A stretch of 50,346 nt of DNA, taken from Peribolospora baueri. Its lineage: Eukaryota. The position numbers and the translations under genes were made by a program. The stretch lies in NCBI GenBank assembly GCA_029717555.1, contig JAMDHS010000047.1:124001-174346 (forward strand). Reading direction: 5' to 3'. This document shows, in pieces, positions 46,822 through 50,346 of this stretch (position 1 is its first letter; each line of letters starts with the position of its first letter). The notes under the pieces were generated by a model, which was given only the letters and a program-made list of their open reading frames with translations, was not told the DNA's origin and did not search any database.

Positions 46822-48996
46822 TCACTTTCGAGAAGCAGCCCTAGCGAGCCTCTGCCTCAGATCACTTCCTCCGGCCTTGTCCGCCCTCGCAGTACCCACG
46901 CCACCTTCCTCGTCGCCGGCCGCCGCCGACAGGACGGTGGTCATATCTCCCTCCGCTCGCACCTCGGCCACCTCGGCCGCCGCGCCGACCGCTTTACCCA
47001 CCGCCGTCGTCGTCGTCGATTCCGTGCCCTCTGTCGGCGGCGCTTCTTCGTTCGACGGCAGCGTCATCTCGGCACCGCCGCCGCCACCGCCCTCCAACTT
47101 GGCCTTCTCTTTCTCCGCCTCCTTCTTGCTCATTACCAACCCGCGCTCCACCACCTCTACCAAAACCGCGCGCCTGATCCACCGACGTCTCCGCGTGTAC
47201 CGTCCCAGGCCGGCCTTGGACGACATCTTCTCCCACACGTTGTCCCCATACTGCCATCCTTCCACGTCCACGTCCTCTGGGTCCTCCCCGCCACCGCTTC
47301 CCGTCGACGCGTACGTGGGCGAAGAGGGCGGCGACAAGTCCGTCGTCGCCGTCGCCGTGTTGACACCGGCGCCGGACGAGAAGAGCGTGGAGGGAAAGGA
47401 AGCGGACGGGCTCGACGGCGTGGCGGGCATGCCGCCAGCGCCGCCGCCGCCGATGCTGCTCAAGCTCGTCGTTCGCGATCGATCGCCCGCAGGTGGCGCC
47501 TTGTTGGCCGCGCCGCCAAACTTGGCAAACGCGTCCTGAAGGCCCTTTTCGATCCTGTCTCGCCTGCTCTCCCCTCCGCTCGTACCGCCGCCGCTCGCGC
47601 CCGAGCCCGCGCCGGCGCCGCCGTGTCCGGGGGAAGAAGGAGCGGCGCTCGCCACGGGCGGCTGATAGCCTGAGCTCGAGATGAAGCCCGCGCTCGCCAC
47701 CGTCCACTCCGGGTCGATCCACTGCCATTTGATGAAGCGACGAGTGTAGAGGTCCGAATTAGAAGCGCTCGGCGTGTGATGCAATGTGGTCCGAGGCGGA
47801 GGCAGAGAGAAGGAGGATGGCGGCGAGACTGGATGGTGTTGGTCGTCCGACCTGTCCAGGACGACGACGGTACCAAAAAAAAGTATATGCGTCGGACAAA
47901 ACGTCTGGTGAATAATCTAAACGGAAGGAGGACGGGTGGACTCCTCGACTCACCAACTGGGTCGCTCCTGAGGAAGTAGAGCGGCCGTCCAATCGAGCCC
48001 TACCCACCACCTCTGATTCTCAAAGATGGTGAACTGGAAAACGACGTCCTCGATGCGCTCCACCTCCACTCCGTCTACCTTCTCAGAATCCTTCTCCTTG
48101 TCGCCGCTCGCTGCTCGATGGACAGCCGTGGGCGCCTTGCCGCCGCGCCTGAACATCCTTCGCCACCAAGGACGCTTGGGCGAGTGATCGGCACCGTGGA
48201 CGTGGACATCCCTTCTCCGCCCGAACAGCTCTCTCGGCCTTCGCTGCCCGCTAAGCACGCCCACAACGGCCCGCGTGCTCCTCCTCACCGCCGCGCTCTT
48301 CCACAGTGCTCGTCGGAGGAGAGCGAACCAAGGAGCGTGCCAGACGATGGCCAAGCTGCCGAGGGGGAGGAAAAGGAAGCGCAACGGAACGAAGAAAAGG
48401 GTGAGGAAGAGGAAGATGGGGTAGGTGAGGAGGAGAAAGACGAGTGTCGCGCGCGTCGACGCGGGGTCGGACCAGTCGAAGAGGGCGTGCAAAGGGCGAA
48501 GGAGGCGGGAGAGGAGGTGGGAGAGGAAATCGCACAGGAGCAGCGATTCGTCAATCGTTGCCGACAGCTTCGCCTCGTCTACCACCGCAACTGGGCCTGC
48601 GTCGTCGATGACGGGCGCGGACGCCGGCGAGCTCTGATGAGACTCTCCCCGTCTCTTGCCGGAGCTGTCGATCTTTCGGCTCTTCTTCACCCAGTTGTAC
48701 CCGATGTAACCGATCCCGGCCAGGTTGGCCCCGTACCTCACCGTCTCGTAACCGCCGAGGCAAATGAACCACCAGGCGAGCAAGAGCAGATATCCGTCAG
48801 CGTGGCTACCGCTCGTCCAAGTGATCACGCGCACAAACTTGACGCCGAGACGGATGGCGGGAGCGGAGTAGGCGAGCAGTCGCACGACGGCGGGAGGGGT
48901 GGTGTGGATGAGGTCATCGGCGGTCAGAGACGACGGCGGCGGGGGCTCTTCGTCGGCCGCGAGGGAGGGGGCCGTGGCGCTTCGTGGGAGGGACAT
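46822..48996 (-). CDS. Pex23/Pex30-family integral membrane peroxin (Pex24p domain plus dysferlin motif), 2 exons
   Basis: Hydrophobic reticulon-like region; FQFTIFENQRWWVGLDW...ERPSW-SD (intron about 47851-47953); WQWIDPEW; GWQYGDN.W; RYTRRRRWIRRA. Confidence 0.92.
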
Positions 48997-50346
48997 GTTA
49001 GTGGCAGAATTGGCGTTTGCGGCGGCCGCTTGGTCAGAAGAAGCGGATGGGGAGCGGGGCTGGCGTTGGTAGAGAATGGAAGTGTAAGGGTCGTTGACCT
49101 GCGAGACGGAAAGGAAAAAGAGGGTAGGATGAGGAAGGACGGATGAGAGCCGAGGCCGACGTGCGAAGGTAAAGTCAGTCAGTCAGTCAGTTACCGGCGA
49201 GACTCATTTCGTGTCTGATCGGCGGTCGCGGCCAAGCTCAACTCACGGGTAGATCGATGGCGGCCATCAATCCGTCATGACATCCGGGTCTGCCTGACCA
49301 GACCGTCGGAGAAGCGTCCTCGAGGTCTTTTTCCGAGGGGGTGATGGGAGGAAGGTTACAGAGGAGAGCGACGGATGACGACGACTCTCGCTACTTTGTA
49401 CTTTGCCCCGCCGTCACGTGCCAACACCTCACGACGATCGTCCTTTCACATGCTGGGGAAGCACACGACTGACATTGGGGAGCGTCCGTCCATCGAGCCT
49501 TGGTCAACTCGAGGTGAGAAACTGACACGCCCAAGGCCCGCCATGATCTCGAACTTGTCAGCGTCGTAGACATCGAGAACGGACGTTGTTGGCCATGTCC
49601 ATCGTCCCCTCGATCTGGATCAATACGGCTCACGCATTCCATACTCCAAGTGCTCGTCTCTGCTTTTTAACTCCCTGCATCTCGCTGGTCTACTACCCCC
49701 CGGCCACATGTAGACAGAGCAGCGCTGTCGAGCTCTGTAGTTAACGTGGTTCGCTCGATTAGATTTCAATTCGGATTCGACTTTGACGATGAGAACGGGA
49801 CGACCGTGTAGCTACTAGCTGCTTTCAGAGGGCCGTTCTATCTACGGACGACAGCGCGTTCGATTCGGCGGACGAGGAGAGGAAGGAGGACCGGCCGAAT
49901 GAGAGCGGTGTGGAAAGACGGTCGTTATGAGACAGGTAGGGAGCGAGCTGGTCATACATACATAGCTACGCGGGGAACGGAACGGATGGCGGATCCTGGC
50001 TGATTGCTTGCTTCTTCTTCCTCTTCGAAATGAGACGGGATGGGGTGGACGATAATAGGTCGTGATCGTGGACGGCAACGACTCTTGAGGCAAGTTCGTT
50101 GGGACGGCGCGTTGGGAAAGAACGATCCGCGGTGGCAAGAGGTCGGTACAGGCGACTGAACACGTGGATGGAGAGTTGGGGTATGGGTATCTTTTTTGAT
50201 CAGGGCGTGATGGGCGCGTGATGGGCGAGGCGTCGGACAGGGAGCGTGCGTTGGGCCGAACGAGCTGAAAGTGCGGGGAAATGCGTAGAAGGCGAGAAGG
50301 GCGGAACGGGGAGAGGAAGCAGGAAGGGATTAAAGGGGTACGGGAG

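Noticed and set aside
46180..49146. 497-aa, 287-aa and 342-aa plus-strand ORFs
   Set aside because: They are antisense shadows of the peroxin gene plus SSR-derived sequence.
49150..50346. Short ORFs and minus-strand splice-like signals upstream of the peroxin
   Set aside because: No coherent reading frame or recognisable product was found. It may be UTR or the edge of a gene outside the window.
1..50346. CRISPR arrays, transposase/RT/integrase genes, rRNA
   Set aside because: None were recognised. The repeats are simple tandem SSRs without spacers, terminal repeats or mobile-element ORFs.

Overview
Eukaryotic, intron-rich fungal DNA, inferred to be a basidiomycete yeast from GTGAGT/GTAAGT/GTGCGT donors, short introns, microexons and the gene families present. 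Twelve spliced or single-exon genes are recognisable: an MscS-like EF-hand channel, an NDUFA4/MLRQ subunit (no start exon found), a 1467-aa Ecl1-like protein, a kelch-repeat type I membrane protein, mitochondrial uS17 (missed by the ORF track), Mtc5/Sea3/WDR59, an aldehyde dehydrogenase, a WD40-type inositol polyphosphate 5-phosphatase, a Zn2Cys6 transcription factor, an epoxide hydrolase, a NIPA Mg2+ transporter and a Pex23/Pex30-family peroxin. There is also a partly resolved AT-hook gene and a spliced gene remnant. No rRNA, tRNA, CRISPR or intact transposon was recognised. The most unusual points are: (i) GC-rich, microsatellite-saturated domains alternate with ordinary sequence, and long low-complexity inserts split conserved domains in the GC-rich genes; (ii) the Ecl1-like locus has a zinc motif split by about 177 aa and a leader with tandem donors that switch an upstream AUG in or out of frame; (iii) 8-, 12- and 25-nt microexons lie inside conserved motifs. 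All family assignments are from motif recognition by eye, without database searches.
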